Assembly (NCBI GenBank): GCA_964304625.1
Contig: OZ199838.1
Span: forward strand, 10,063,741-10,127,740
Origin: Kudoa neothunni
Lineage: Eukaryota; Animalia; Cnidaria
DNA length: 64,000 bases
Direction: 5' to 3'
This document shows, one piece after another, positions 39,101-53,199 of this stretch (the stretch's first letter is position 1; every line of letters starts with the position of its first letter). The position numbers and the translations under genes are program-made. The notes under the pieces are model-generated. The model did not search any database. It was not told the DNA's origin and saw only the letters and a program-made list of their open reading frames with translations.

Positions 39101-42100
39101 CCTAAATCAACTCTAAGTTATATGGCGAAAAGGAAACAACTCCATAAAACGTACGAAAAAGGTGCGAGAGGTGGTCTACGACGTTCAAAAATTACAAATG
39201 AAGCAACAACCCAGTTGCTTCAGCTGATCAACGACGATTGCACGATCACTTTACAACGTATGATCGAACGCCTTAGCTTGGATGTGGGCCAAACAACTAT
39301 ATGGAGGTGGCTCAAAAAATGGGTATCACATTCAAAATGACGAGGCAAATACCTCAAAGCCGTAATTCTTTTGACGTAAAGCACGAAAGAAGGAATTACG
39401 CCAATTGGTATACCAGTCTTCCAATAAATGTGCGATATGAAAAACTAATATATATTGATGAAAGCCCGTTCTCGCTTCATTTGCTACGCTCTCATGGGCG
39501 CTCTCTTATTGGAACAACTCCTAATCCAGTGGTGGTTAACAGTAGAGGCCCTAACGTAACAATGATCCTTGCGGTGAGTGCCATAAGTGTAGTCCACTGT
39601 GAAGCCATTACTGGGGGCGTAAATTGTGAAGTGTTTCAAACATTTCTAAAGAAAGTAAATGACGTGTTGGGCAGTGGGGATTTCATTATTGCTATGGATA
39701 ACGTCCGATTCCATCCTTCTAACATGGAATTCTATGATGATTACCCATATGAGATTAAATAGCTACCTCGATATTCTCCATTTTTAAACCCATGCGAGGA
39801 GGTATTCTCTCAAATAAAGAACAACACCCGTAAGGATGGTCCAATTCGAGGTAATAACGACCTAATCGAAAGGATGACAGCTTCCACCCAATCAGTGAAT
39901 GAAGATAATTTAAAAAATTATTTTCAACATAGCGACACCTTTATCAGTTATTGCCATACCTTAGAGGACGTTCCTAGAGACTAATCTAATTGAACATAAT
40001 CTCTCTCTATTTTATTAATTATATTTAATGCGTCTTATATGAAACGCAGCATAGAATTTTGAATTATAGGTCAATTTAGTAAATTTGTCCGGTTTTGATC
40101 GTCACGTCGTTCGGTTTTGGATGAAAATCCCGGTACTACTAAAATACGGTGTATTTTATACTCTCATAAGCGGGAACTGCCCAGCGTTGCTTGGGAGTAA
40201 TAAGCACTGAAAAATTTATTAATAACATTCAAAAAAGATATTATTATTTCAAATTAACCTATAGATTCAATAAAACTAAAAAAAATATTTAAGCATTATA
40301 TTTTAACGACTGTGAATATAAAATTTAAATTATGATCATTTCTATGAAGGAATGTATCAATCTCGGCGCCAAAACTAAATAATTTAACGTCGGTGTCCTA
40401 TTTAATTTTCATTCCCAAATTATTAAAATCCTGTTAAATGTTCCCCTGAACGTTGTTTTTGGCTCGGCTCAGAAAGTTTGTGCACCGCGTTTTAGGGGAT
40501 ACGAATAAATAGAAAAAGATATAGAAAGAAGAAAATAGACTAAAATTAATTTTTATCACTCAAATTGATATCCCTTGTCCCGGCAAGAGCTTAACGCACT
40601 TTTTCCCATAAACAACCACAAATCGCGTCAACTCCATCATAAATAATTTAAATAATTGGGTGAAATAAAATTACAACCATCTGCATTGGACTTAATCACG
40701 GAAATTTAAACTTAGCGGACGATTTCAATGGAATCTACAGACGCAGTATTTCCTATATAATGCTTCAGTCAATGTAATTTTAACGCATTCCATTAATTCG
40801 TTATTCATGAAACATATATAGATTTTTTATCAGATCTAAAACCATTAATAGAACCTTCAAAGTGTGTTTATCAAGTCAAATACGTCAAAACTTCTGACAC
40901 AGAGAGTGTATCTGCACGAACACCTAAATTTACACCCTAAATTTATATAAAAAATCAGATGATATCGCTAAATTTAAATATGATAAAGCATATACGGGGT
41001 AAGTTAACTTCAACCGATCATTCACATGACATGAGCAGATGTTAATCCTATTGTTGAACTCAAGTAGTTCGATAAATTAACTTAAAATCGACAAAATCAC
41101 CATTTTCTAAACACTTTTGGAACATTTGGTAGTGTGGAAACGATTTAAAGATTTTTTGAAACATTGTGATTTTTAGAAAATTGCATAAATGTCTCTTTAT
41201 AAGGAAAACATCGGGCGCGCGTGCGTACTTGCTGACACACACGGACACTTCAGCTTTATATTTATAGTAGATAATAGATTGGTGATATGAAAAAATGTGT
41301 GGAATCAGACGTGACCAATTTCGCGCATACATTGCGCGAGTTTGTATAATATAAATAGTGAGTTACGACAAATTTATAATTTCTTTTCTATTAGTGGAAA
41401 ATTTTAATTGACATCATTTAATTTAATTTTGTAGTTACTAGGTCTGCGCATGCAAAAAAATCATTTTTTTCAGTTTTATTATTATAATAGGTAGTTATTT
41501 TTATTATAAAATTAGTTATGTGTACATTTTCACGTACATCTAATTTCAGTTTTTGGAATTACTTTTCTTCCATAACATAAAATATTATCTCGTGTCAATG
41601 ACGATCTGGCGAGTTCTCGCCGTGTTTCTATGAATATTGCTTTATTATAATTTTGAGGGTGGTTACTTTTACATTTTTTTCTGGCCTTAAGTATTCTTCT
41701 GTAGTCTTTTTTGATTATCTTTATTCTTAATTAAAAATTATGTTCATACAGGCCAATTAATCGATCATCTTTGTCCTTAATACGTTAATTATTCTGTATA
41801 AATTACGGTTGAACGATAATTGGTGTTTATTGATCCCTTTCCTTTGTTAGTTTTGAAATCCTTTTGTTATTTTGCATATTAGTAAAAAATACGGTTTTCT
41901 CATGGTTACTTTTTCTTTTTCAACACGAAAAGCGATAGTATTGGCCAGACTGAATAGTTGTATTTTTTTTTATTAAAATAAATAGATATAAATAATTTTG
42001 TTTATAATAATTAATGTAACATTTCCTATATTATACTTGAATACAATAAGTTTCGCTATATTTTCTTTAAATATTAATAACCACGCCACTCACCCCTTAT

Positions 42101-45100
42101 AGTAGATTATCTTTCTTTATTGATTAAAAATAAGACAAATTTGAAACGTTAAAGACTTGATTATGTGACTTATATGTGAAATTTAGATATTGCTCGTGTA
42201 TTTGGTCTGTCATAAAGATGCATACCTTAGCTATCATCAATTTTATATGTGCGAACGTCTTGTTGATAAACGCGCAACGTCTGTGCGCTCGGAAAAATTA
42301 TTTTTAGAACATGTTTCCGTTGTGCTCAAAGGTGGCGATATGCTTACTGAAATCAGCTTTAGAATCGATCTGCGAAAATCCGCCTATGATTTTACTCCTT
42401 ACCTTCATTTACGATATTACAATGAGCAAGATGGATCGTCTACTAGTCTCTCGCAATCTATAAACAACACTGCTTTTATGGTGTCCGATGTGGGTATTGT
42501 TGATCAACTGGAATCACTTCTAGAGGATTATACCACACATCAAAATATATACAAAAGCATTCTACCAGCTGATGAACCTAATTTCGACATTGTTGTGCTG
42601 AGTTCTACCATCTGGCCATACAGTGTTGATAGTCGTAACTTCAAAGACTGCTATAATATGAAACATGCTCGAATATTTGAGAACACATTTAAATCGTTTG
42701 AAATTAAATATAGAGACAAGTTTCCAAATAGGAAAATGAGTTTATTTAATTTTAAATCTACCGTTGTCATGGAAACTGGGAGTACTTTTGACGTCAATTA
42801 TGAATTTACAGTAATTTTGAACTAAAAATCAGTTTATTAACCCTCGTAGGAACATATAAAGTTGTTAGAAACTTTGTTTACGTTAATTCTGAGTTAGGTT
42901 TCTCGGTTGTATCTAAAAATAAATTAAATTTTCTTAATTTTAATTTAATAGCCAATGTCTGAATTAACGGAAATTATATTTTCACGAATAAACCCCTAAC
43001 TTACGGATAACGAATACCCTAAAAACGTAGGGCGAAAATACTAGTAGCCTAGAAGTTAGTAATTTCTTACTACAACGTATTATTTTTGTATTATACATTT
43101 TTTAAATCTAAATATCAACGATAAGTTTTTTTGTAATTTTAAACGCGAGGGAAATACATAGAGCCAGTTAAAGTTCGAGATTTAAATAACCAAAACTTAA
43201 TTTTCATTGAATTTGTTTTTGTCTGAATTGTATAAAGTAAAACTATGTGTAATAAGCATTATCGAAAGTTAGATGATCGAGTGAGGATTTAAATAATTTA
43301 GCGCGCGGTCATAATCGTAAAGGTAAATTTGGCGCGATCTTGATTCTAACTTTTACGAGTTATTAATTGTAAAATATCTTCTAACTTTTAGCATAAGGCA
43401 ATTTTTCAAAGTATAAAATTTTTTTTACGTTAATTTATCCTTGGATGAACGAAAAGTTATGCCAATCGTTAGTAAATTACTCGGATTATGCTTGAAACTA
43501 TTCTATTACGATTTTTACACATTAAAATTATTAAATAGATATCAATGAGGTTATTAATTTATCATGCATGAAATTTCATTCTTGATTAACAGTTCTATTT
43601 TAAGGACTCTTAATGATTATCTCAAGTATATTTAAATGTTATTTGTAAAATATTGTTTTTGGCCGGATATTTTCTTTAGTCTAGCTTTTTATTTTTCCCG
43701 ATACTTAGTTGTAACGTTATTCAAATGTGTCATATTCACCTGGATACATGTTTACTTTGTTTGGAGTTTTATTCTTTTATAATGCTAAAATTCTATCAAA
43801 TTTGACTTTATTAATTGTGAAAGAGTTTGAAATATCATAATATTAGGGTTCCTAATGAACTTCTAACATTCTCACAATATTTCGTATGAGTACAATCCAA
43901 CGAGGGTTTATTGTTTTTCTACATTTAATTTTGATAATATACGAAACTAGTTGACTTTCCCACAAGCATGCGTCCTTTTACTATTCAATAATACAAGGAA
44001 TGAATATACATCAATTGGGGAAATTGTCAAATATGCGAATGTGCCGCCTAACGTCATTTTCGATATTATATCACGTTTCTACGAGTTTAATCTTATTGTA
44101 ATTATTTTGGCTCAGATTTTTTGTACGTCAAAAATTGTTTAGAAATTGAAGCCGTCAACTCAACCGTTTAATGGGGATGATGCTGTTGCCACCTCTAAAC
44201 ATTTGACGTTATCGGAGAATGATATGATTCGGATTAATCGGGATTTTAAAAGGTTGAACTATTTTCTATTTATTTTAATGATTATGAACTTTTAGTGAGG
44301 ATCGACAAGTGATTTTATTAACTGATCAAGAAGTACTAAATGAAAAATCAAATATTCCTATAAACAATATTGGCATTGACAAAGGTTCCCAAAAATATCT
44401 TATTCAGGTTTCTTGACTTTTCTATTACTATCTGTAATTATTTTTTTTATTTAGTCGGTTATCGTTGGATACATTAAGAAAAATAATTTCATAAATAAAT
44501 CAGAAGTTTTTGAATTGGTTACGTCAAAGCTCACTTCAAGATTTTTGGCTTCTTTGGAATTTGTCGAAGTAATTAATTATTTTTTTAAATATCCCCTATA
44601 TTAGAATTTTTAAATAACCGAATTTTTTTCTCCGATAAAATTGGGACCATTCAACGACGTTTCATTAATCCCCTAACAGTTTTAAGTGTTTTATCACTTC
44701 ATTTTCATTAGATGCCAATTATCGATTTCGTTTCTTCATTAAAGATATTGTAACGGGTTTATTACAGTATGATGGATTTTAACTTTCTATTTTTTAATTT
44801 ATAAATATTATAGTTGTACAGTTTTGTTTTTGTATCTTTATTTTCTATTATGATAATGATTGGTAAATTTTACTATTTTATTTATTTCACTCGTTCAAAA
44901 TTATAATATTGTTAATTTTAAACATTATTATTATTGCGATTTTTACGCAAAAATGTATTATTTATATATAGTTGAATGGATCTTCTTAATTAAATCTCCC
45001 TTGTTTGAGAATCCGACCTCAATTTGATTATTTTTTATCAATTTGACTATTTTCGTTATTTTTACTTGATTTTTAACGTTCAAACATCTTTTAGGAATGT

Positions 45101-45175
45101 TGCGCTGATCTTATTGATAAAGAATTTATGAAGGAAGCAGGTCAGAACATGGAATTCTACGTTTATTTGGCCTAA
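33176..45175 (+). CDS. Highly divergent cullin-1-like gene, many exons, with apparent frameshift(s); may be a pseudogene or contain assembly errors
   Basis: Collinear with Cul1: FLDIYT|RAYDYC, LYIKKWNDFK, ASWSKHLYRP, KNPE, HKDAYLSYHQFYMCERLV, VLSSTIWP, YRDKFPNRKM, QACVLLLFN, C-terminal ...TSRF...DLIDKEFM...YVYLA*. Confidence 0.85.
35578..36948 (+). mobile_element. Decayed piggyBac element inside a cullin intron
   Basis: GGGGTCAATTTTACCCC (35622) and GGGTCAATATAACCCC...GCAAGG-TTAA (ends 36948); internal fragment YMGIPILM resembles the transposase motif F/YIGILILMG; left boundary approximate. Confidence 0.6.
38896..40133 (+). mobile_element. IS630/Tc1-mariner transposon with pseudogenised transposase, inside a cullin intron
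   Basis: ~47-bp TIRs CCGGG(T/A)TTTTCATCCAAAACCG...GATCAAAACCGGAC, TA TSD (38894-5, 40134-5); HTH, YIDES, MDNVRFH, LPRYSPFLNPCEE; two frameshifts and an in-frame TAG at 39760. Confidence 0.95.
40167..41271 (-). mobile_element. Non-autonomous Helitron, copy 2
   Basis: Alignable along its length with 10695-11837; 5' TCTACTATAAATATAAAG; 3' hairpin CCCAAGCAACGCTGGG with a degenerate CTTA end. Confidence 0.8.
42837..43910. mobile_element. piggyBac-type non-autonomous element in a cullin intron
   Basis: TTAA-CCCTCGTAGGA ... TCCAACGAGGG-TTTA; fills almost all of intron 42811-43950. Confidence 0.7.
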
Positions 45176-45644
45176 CTGTTAGTATTAAATTCTCTATTGT
45201 TTACTCTTTGTTCATTGTTTCGTTTTTTGGCTGCTTTGTTTAAAAATATTCGATTTGACCACCTGGCTGAGATTCATTATATTTAGTTTTTTCATTAACT
45301 GATAAATGTATTTCGTTACTGGGGGCGCTAACATATGTTGCTTAAAATAATTGTCGAAAATCTTTATTTTTAATAATTGAAAATTTCCGCTTATTTTTTT
45401 ATTTCAAATATGTTATGCAAGTGGTTTACACATTTTTATTATAGTTGCCGAACTCATCTACCTCACCTACGTGTTAAAATTAGATACCTGTTTCGCTGCT
45501 TTAATCCGATACTTGTAAAATCTGAATCAAGGGTGTTGTATTATTTGATTATTTTGACAGCTTGAACAAATATGTTTAGTAATCCGATTAGAAATATATT
45601 CAACCAAAAATTACATTACATTAAATAGGTATAAACCATTCAAA

Positions 45645-46437
45645 TAGGACATGCGATTTTCGACGCTTTTACGCATAAAGAAGGTTATACACAGATCTGC
45701 ACAAACATCCCCGTGGCGAAAAAAGCACAAATCAACATTACGCAGAATATAATAAAATTCTATTTAATTTCGTCATATAGATAGAATTATAATACCATCG
45801 AGACTTTTCCTCTCGAAGGATATATTCTCTCCCGTGAAAAAACATGAGTAATCTCCGAAAATTTGTTTATTGCGATTGTAGACAACGGTATGTTTAAAAA
45901 TCCATAAAATTGTGTTTTTGTTGATGTCGATAAAATCCTTTTTCTCAAAAAATGTAGGTAAGTGTTTTTCAACAAAAGTTTTAATATTAGAAAGTGAACT
46001 TGCCGTAGGACGATATTTTTAGGGAAAACTTCTAGGTCTTGTGTAACTATTTATTATTTTAAATGGTAATCCATCATATACTACAGCTGAAACAAGGCAA
46101 ATCTTTATTTTTTGGTTTTTATGATCTCTAAATAACAAAAGGGGCCATGAGAGACATGCTTTAACGATCCTATCATTGAACAATGTTTCAATAATGCAAT
46201 ATGTTTCTGCACATGGTTTTATTTTGTAGGTAACTTTAACTTGCAGTCTTTGTAAACAAATGCATTTTAACTAATTTTTAAATTAACTCAATCCTCAATA
46301 TAATTCTCCAAATCACATCTTTTTCTGCCCATTCTTATTAAGGCGCCCTCTCCGGAACAACCCCAAAAAATAAACACCAAACCACCATAATAAAATCGAC
46401 GGTTCAAATCGATCGAAATCGAAAATCGCATGCCCTA
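45645..46437. mobile_element. hAT (Ac-type) MITE
   Basis: TIR TAGGACATGCGATTTTCGA / TCGAAAATCGCATGCCCTA (18/19); 8-bp TSD CATTCAAA/CTTTTAAA (6/8). Confidence 0.75.
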
Positions 46438-46699
46438 CTTTTAAACTATAGATCTAAATTTGTTGAAAGTAGATTTAGATTTTATTCTTAAGTATCTTTA
46501 AATATGGAAATTCGATAAAATTTTTGTAACTATAAAGATTAATCTCTTTTATCGAGCTTCAACGAAAAGTTCCTTATGTAACACGATCAACAGGAATTTC
46601 TGTTTGGTATCAATATAAAGTTGAGCATGGTTTTTATTCACTTTAGACCCTATCATTGTTTTGATTCTAGGGGCGCAGATTTATGGTAGCTTATTTTAT

Positions 46700-47961
46700 T
46701 TAACCCTCGAAGAACCATGCTCAAAATACTTAAATGTGTTCCCATGGGGGTCGGTCAGCGACCCCAGTGGTTTTCTACTATAATGATTGATTTTTATTCT
46801 AACTTTTGGTATAAATATTTATTAATCTTTTTTCCATTAAAATATATATTTAAAATATTCAGACAGCAAGAGAATTCGTTAAAAATATCGTAATCATTCC
46901 GGGAGACATTACCAATTAAACCTAATCAAACGAAATTTAAAATTGTGACTATAGCAGAATTAACTATTTTGGCTTAGTTTTGAATAAAATGGAATATGAT
47001 GGAAGCTTTTACGCCACTTTTAACATCAATATTAGACTACTAGGCCATTACACTAACAGATGATATCTCTGGTGGAGTTCGGTAATTTATTATTCAATTG
47101 TAGATCAAAGTTTGGTTACAACACATCTTGAGAAATAAAGAATAATGTTGAGTCTCAAATAGCAAGGATGAATTTATTTGAGTTCTGAGTGAAAATATTT
47201 TCAATCAGAATATAAATATGAATCAAAGCTTATTTATTTCAACTTGGTTTTAATCGTTTAAATAGTTATGAGGAATTAGCCTAGCTTAATTGCATTAAAT
47301 ATTAAAAAATTAAAAGTTTAACATAAATGATAGCTCATTAGTTCTATGGAATAGGGGGAATCGTTGAAATTTGGTGATATCGTGACATAGGAATAATGTG
47401 ACTAAGTTTAAATCGATTATTTATTAAACTAAACGATTAAAATTAAGTAAAATGCGGCCACTTTTAATTTACTACAAGCTAAATTAAAATTCATAGAAAA
47501 AATAAATTTTATGAAATATTTCAAAAGCACATCAAACAACCTGTTTGGGTTCCAACTCGTAATAACCAGGACGACAACAATAGAGGGTACATCTCTTTAA
47601 TCCTACTCCATTATCGGAATTTTATAACAAATAACAAGAATAGTTACGAATTACAATATTCCTCAGTTTAGTCGCGATAATACATATTGGAACGATTATT
47701 TTTCTTATCATATAAATTAAATACACTCGGTACAGCCATATAAAATAGTTTTAAATAACATGTCAGCGCTACGTAATATTAAACGAAATTTTTGAATTGT
47801 AGAATCCTATAATTTATCTGAAATTTTGTATTTCTAAACAATACACGCTAATCTAAGAGTACACAAACTCAAAAAATGAAATGAAAGGTTTAAGTAGGCA
47901 AAAACAGAAATTTACCGAAAATAAGGTCACGAATGACCCCGCATGGTCCCGGGAAGGTTAA
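46700..47961. mobile_element. piggyBac-type non-autonomous element
   Basis: TTAA-CCCTCGAAGAACCATGC ... GCATGGTCCCGGGAAGG-TTAA; palindromes GGGGTCGGTCAGCGACCCC and GGTCACGAATGACCCC. Confidence 0.75.
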
Positions 47962-48604
47962 TTGATCTGTAAATAATGTTTATCTGTGAACGTAAATGAT
48001 GACTACAAGGGTATGTGTTGCGAAGTTCGATAATAGTTTTGGTATAAAGAAGACCAAATAGTTACATTATTTTCCTTAAAAGTCAGAGTGTACACCCTAA
48101 AGTTATGATGAAATATTAAATATTTTTATTTTGAACCAAGTGACAACACAATATAATAATTTAGAACATGAAAATGTATTAAATTTTTGTTATAAGATGA
48201 TTTAAGTTGATAAAAATTAGACCTGGTGTAAAATATTTAATTTGTGAAAACACATCAAGACCCAAATTTGAATTAAATATATTTCTCAGTTGTTTCGATT
48301 AAAATTCTCATTTCACTAAATAAAAATTTTGTTAATATTCGGATAAAATAACTGAGTATGTCATATTCTCTGCATAATCGTAAATTAGAACAGAGAGCGA
48401 GTTACAAACACATATACATGGGATTGCATTACACATCTATGATGGAAATTATATCAATACGTAATATCAAGAATACTGAAATTTTTATAAAATCCCTCAT
48501 AAACAAATTTTACGCTTATTCATGTTTGTAGTTATAAAGGTGTGAAAATATGCTTGGACGCTAAAAGTGATTATTAAATATTACTAGACCGATTTTGTAT
48601 CGTG

Positions 48605-51600
48605 ATGTTACGAATAAAAATAATACTTATTTATTTTGCATTATTTTATGCATTTTTATCCTTTTCTTTCTCAATTATAACTTGTTTGGATTTAAATCTT
48701 AAAAAAAGAGTATTTCTTCGTTCGGACACTCTCTCAGCTTCTCAAGTCGATCAAATAGCTACCAAACATGGCTTCAAATTATTAAACAAAGTTTGTCCAT
48801 AATATTAAATCTTTTTTATGAAATGTTTAGATTGATAGATACGATAAAGGTTACATACTAGTGCCCGTACAATCCTACTCATCGGCGAACAAGAGAGATA
48901 CCATTCCTGGCATAGAAGGACTCAAACTCGAACCAATGGTTTTTAATATTTTTACTTTTCAGTGAAGTATATAATATTATTTAGATTAATGAGGTAGTTG
49001 TGGAAAATTGGGAAATCAGAGACCCACGAGGAAATATGGATACTCAAAGCTTTTCAGCTCAAATAACTGAAAATTCACTAATCAATATACATGATCCTCT
49101 TTTTAATAAGCAGTGGTATTTGGTAATTTTATCTAGAATTTTATTTGAAGTAAATATAATTAACCAAGGAAAACTCTGGAGTGATATCACCACAAAATAA
49201 CATAGACATCAATGTATTGCCCGTGTGGAGTCGTGGTATTGATGGAAGTGGGGTTACAATAGCTATATTAGACGATGGTATTGATTACACCAACTCAGAT
49301 ATATATTCCAATTACGTAAATATATTTGGAATAAAATTTTATTATTTAGAAAATAAATTAGGATCGATATGCGAGCTACGATTATCAGGACATGGATGAA
49401 GATCCTTCTCCACCTATTGGTGAGGAAACAAGCCACGGAACTCGATGTGCATCTATTGCAGCGGGATCCAAAAACAACTATTGTGGAGTCGGCGTTGCGT
49501 ATAATGCAAGCATTGCTGGAATTAGAATGCTCGACAACAAGACAACCGATACTATAGAGGCGGACGCACTTAGTCATAAAAGTGACCATATTGACATATA
49601 CAGTTGCAACTGGGGTCCCAGAGATGACGGAGTCCGTTTTGGTGGACCAGGTCCACTGACCACAAAAGCCTTGCACGTTGGAACTCACAAAGTAAATAAA
49701 TATTTACTTTAATCGTAACGATTGAAAGAATGCTGACTATTACTTGTATTTAGGGAAGAAATCAACTTGGATCGATATACGTATGGAGTAGTGGGAATGG
49801 AGGATTGGAAGGTGATGACTGTAATGCTGATGGTTATGTTACAAATCTGTTTACTCTGGCGATTGGAGCTATATCAGCGGACGGTCAAGTCCCGTTATAT
49901 GCGGAAACGTGCTCCTCAGTGATAGCTACAACGTTTTCCGGTAATATTGTAAAAGAAAATGTTGGGAATATTATGGTAATTTTTATATTTGTTAAATATA
50001 TAAATATATCTTAATTGGTATTTCACTTATCTTAAACAACAATAATTTTTATGGATTCATATTTAAGATCAATTCTGATATTGGGAACCAATGCAAGCAA
50101 GACTTTCAAGGAACCTCTTCTGCTGGTTCTATTGCTACAGGAATTGTAGCATTGATGTTACAGTCAAAGTAAATTAACCTAACATGTTGAAACGTGAACG
50201 TGTAATTGTATTTTAAACAGTCCATCATTGAGTTGGCGTGATGTACATCACATTGTCGTAGAAACTGCCCAAATAGTAAATCCCGGAGATGGAGGATGGA
50301 AACGTAATGGAGCTGGAAAATGGTTCAATCCGAAATACGGCTTTGGAAGGTTGGATGCGTTGGAGATGATTCAAACTGCTTATCAATGGAAAAACGTCGA
50401 TTCAAAACAATTAAAGTGCAAAATAGAGAACACCAGAAAAACAAATTATCGTCACCATTTGTATCAAGGTGGTACCATAATGATAAATTTGAATGCTACA
50501 AGTTGTTTCTCGAGAGGGAAGGATAAAGAAATTGTACAAAATCCAAACAAGATAAATAAAATAGAACATGTACAATTGATAGTAACCCTATCACATGAAT
50601 GCCGCGGAAGAATAAACTTGATATTAATATCTCCTAGTGGCACAATGAGTCAAATATTGAAACCTAGGCCGCAAGATAAATCCTCAAAAGGTCTTCAAGT
50701 AATATTTTCCTTAATATTGCAACAATTAAGAAAAAAATAGGAATGGATTTTTAAAAGTGTGCACTTCTGGGGAGAATCACCTTTAGGCCAATGGACACTT
50801 GTATTCAGTGATAGTACAAATGTTGATCCATGCAGACTGAATAATCAAACCGTTGATACATCAGGTTTGAATAACACGACCGACATTAACGCCAAAAATG
50901 ATACACTTTCTATGCCAAATGATAATAATCAAACAAATAGTGTCAATGGAGTCAACAACGGAACTGCTAATGTTACTGCTGTGAATAGTGCGCAAATTGG
51001 TAATGTTACCACCAAGATGCCTGCTTCGAATACCTCTACAGAGCAAAATTTTGAACCGAAAGATATCAAGAATCTTTACAATATCATCAATAATATAAAT
51101 GACATTTCACAAAAAATATTGGATCTACAGCGTAACAATAACACGGTTGAAGATGATAAAACTCAACCAAGACCTTCGAGAGTTGTGCCACCTTCAACAA
51201 AAACCTTAACAAATGACGATACAGAAAATAATGATAAAGACGATGAAAAAGACGCATCGTTTAATGAAAAAATCAAAAAACTGGACAATTCGAACAATAA
51301 TACTAAATTTTATGAGAGGATACTTTTGGAAAAGCTTAGAGTGGGTCCTGACTCCGATAAAGGTTTAACGAAAACAAGTAATAAATACGAATTTATTCCT
51401 TTAATAGTGTTAGAATTTAAATTAAAAAAGATTTATTTTATTTATACAATATTTATTTAATAGATTTATTGATTATAATTTAAACCAACGAAAAAATTAT
51501 TGGAATTGTGCTTAGTTAATGGCCAAAAATTACCCATAACAATAAAAATAATTATTATTGAAAATTATTTATTTAAGTTAACAGAATCCATCATAAATCA

Positions 51601-52413
51601 TTTTCTAGTTATTGACACATACTCTCGAATTTTTTTTTGGAGAAGCATAAGTAAATTTAGCTCTTTCAAGGAATATTATTGACTTTCTGAAACACTAATG
51701 ATGTTTACTACCAATCCAACTAAATACTTTTATATTAGACCAAGTTTTTATTATGGATCTTTCGTTAGTATTTTAGCTTTTATTGATACTCCAAAAAAAT
51801 ATATCCAATTACCTTAATTTAATCGAGTTAAAAAAGATAAACATACTAAAATATCAATACATCTCATAATAATCTTTCCATTAAATTATTTTTTACTATT
51901 CTTCGTAAAATTTTAAATTTACTAAAAACAGCTATTTGCACATATTAAAATATAATATTAATCAATTATGCCCTAGTTAAGATACAAAAATATTATTTAA
52001 ATTTACATCATAAAATTTTATTAGGAGGGTATTTAAAATACAATAAAACGGATGGAGATAAAGAGTACGTTAAAGTGATTCCTTTATCTGACAATGACGA
52101 CGGTGTTTCGGACACTAATTCTGATGAAGACGAAGTAGAGGTGAGTGGAACCAATGAGGAAAGAATAAAACCAAGAAGAAGTGTCAATTCGTCTCAAAAA
52201 GTGGCTCACTTCAAAAGGTTACGCGTCCCTCATAGAAATTACGAGAAGACAACAGCCAAAAGATCAAAACTGAATACTCCTCATAAACACGAGAAACCTG
52301 GACTGAAACGCTCCAAAATAAAAATGTCTGCAAACAAGATCAAGATGCACTATGAAAGAAAAAGAAAAGTTGGAAGTTTTGATGATTTGACCTTAATTAT
52401 TTATGGAACATAA
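48605..52413 (+). CDS. Proprotein convertase (kexin/furin-like subtilase with P domain), multi-exon; 3' end approximate
   Basis: Signal peptide; ILDDG (Asp), SHGTRCA (His), SGNGG (oxyanion Asn), FQGTSS (Ser, exon ~50068-50168); WGPRDDG; SWRDVHH; P domain IEHVQ...LISPSGT...HFWGESPLGQWTL. Confidence 0.95.
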
Positions 52414-53199
52414 TTACCACAAACCTGAATTACTGTAGAAATAGTCATGGCTATATTATTATATTTTTCTCAATCTTATTGCTTTTATTTCAATTGATAA
52501 AAATTATCAATAATTCAATTTTTTTCACCATAGTTAATATTCAAGGGTGTTTTATATTTAAGTAGTGAAATTCATATTTTAACACGATTTAATTAAAAAT
52601 TTATGAGCATTTGTTACCTAATCTAGTTTATTATTATTATTAAATGAAACAAACACGGTTTTTATTTTAACGAGATGTAATAATTGTCATATTATACACT
52701 TTGTATTGTTTTAATATTTTCAATTGAAAAATCTTACATTTGTTTTCAATTAAATTTACATTAAATAAACGGGTCAAATATATTTTTATCATTGTTTTAT
52801 TAAATTGATGTGGATATTTTCATTATGAGAAATTCTAATAATTCTTTTTATTATTTCTCCCTTGTATTTTTTATATTCTCTTATATTTTTAATGGGACTT
52901 TACGTCAATAAAAATAGTTAAAAAAATTTGTTATTGACAAATTTAGAAATAATTTTTGAACATAAATAGTTTACAAATTTTTGGATCCAACAAAATTATA
53001 AAATAATGATAATATCTTTAATATTTCGTATGATCTGACGGCATTTGGAGGTTATTTCGCGAAGCTTTAGTTTACACATTTGGTTAATACTATATTTACT
53101 GTTTAATAATAGGATAAAAATTACATCGGCTCTTATAAGCTATATTATTCCGAAAACAAAAGATTCCAATAAAGTTTCAAATAGTTTGTGTTATTACAA

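Noticed and set aside
39760-39762. In-frame TAG as evidence of readthrough or a variant genetic code
   Set aside because: The same ORF also has frameshifts and a lost ATG, and host genes read cleanly in the standard code.
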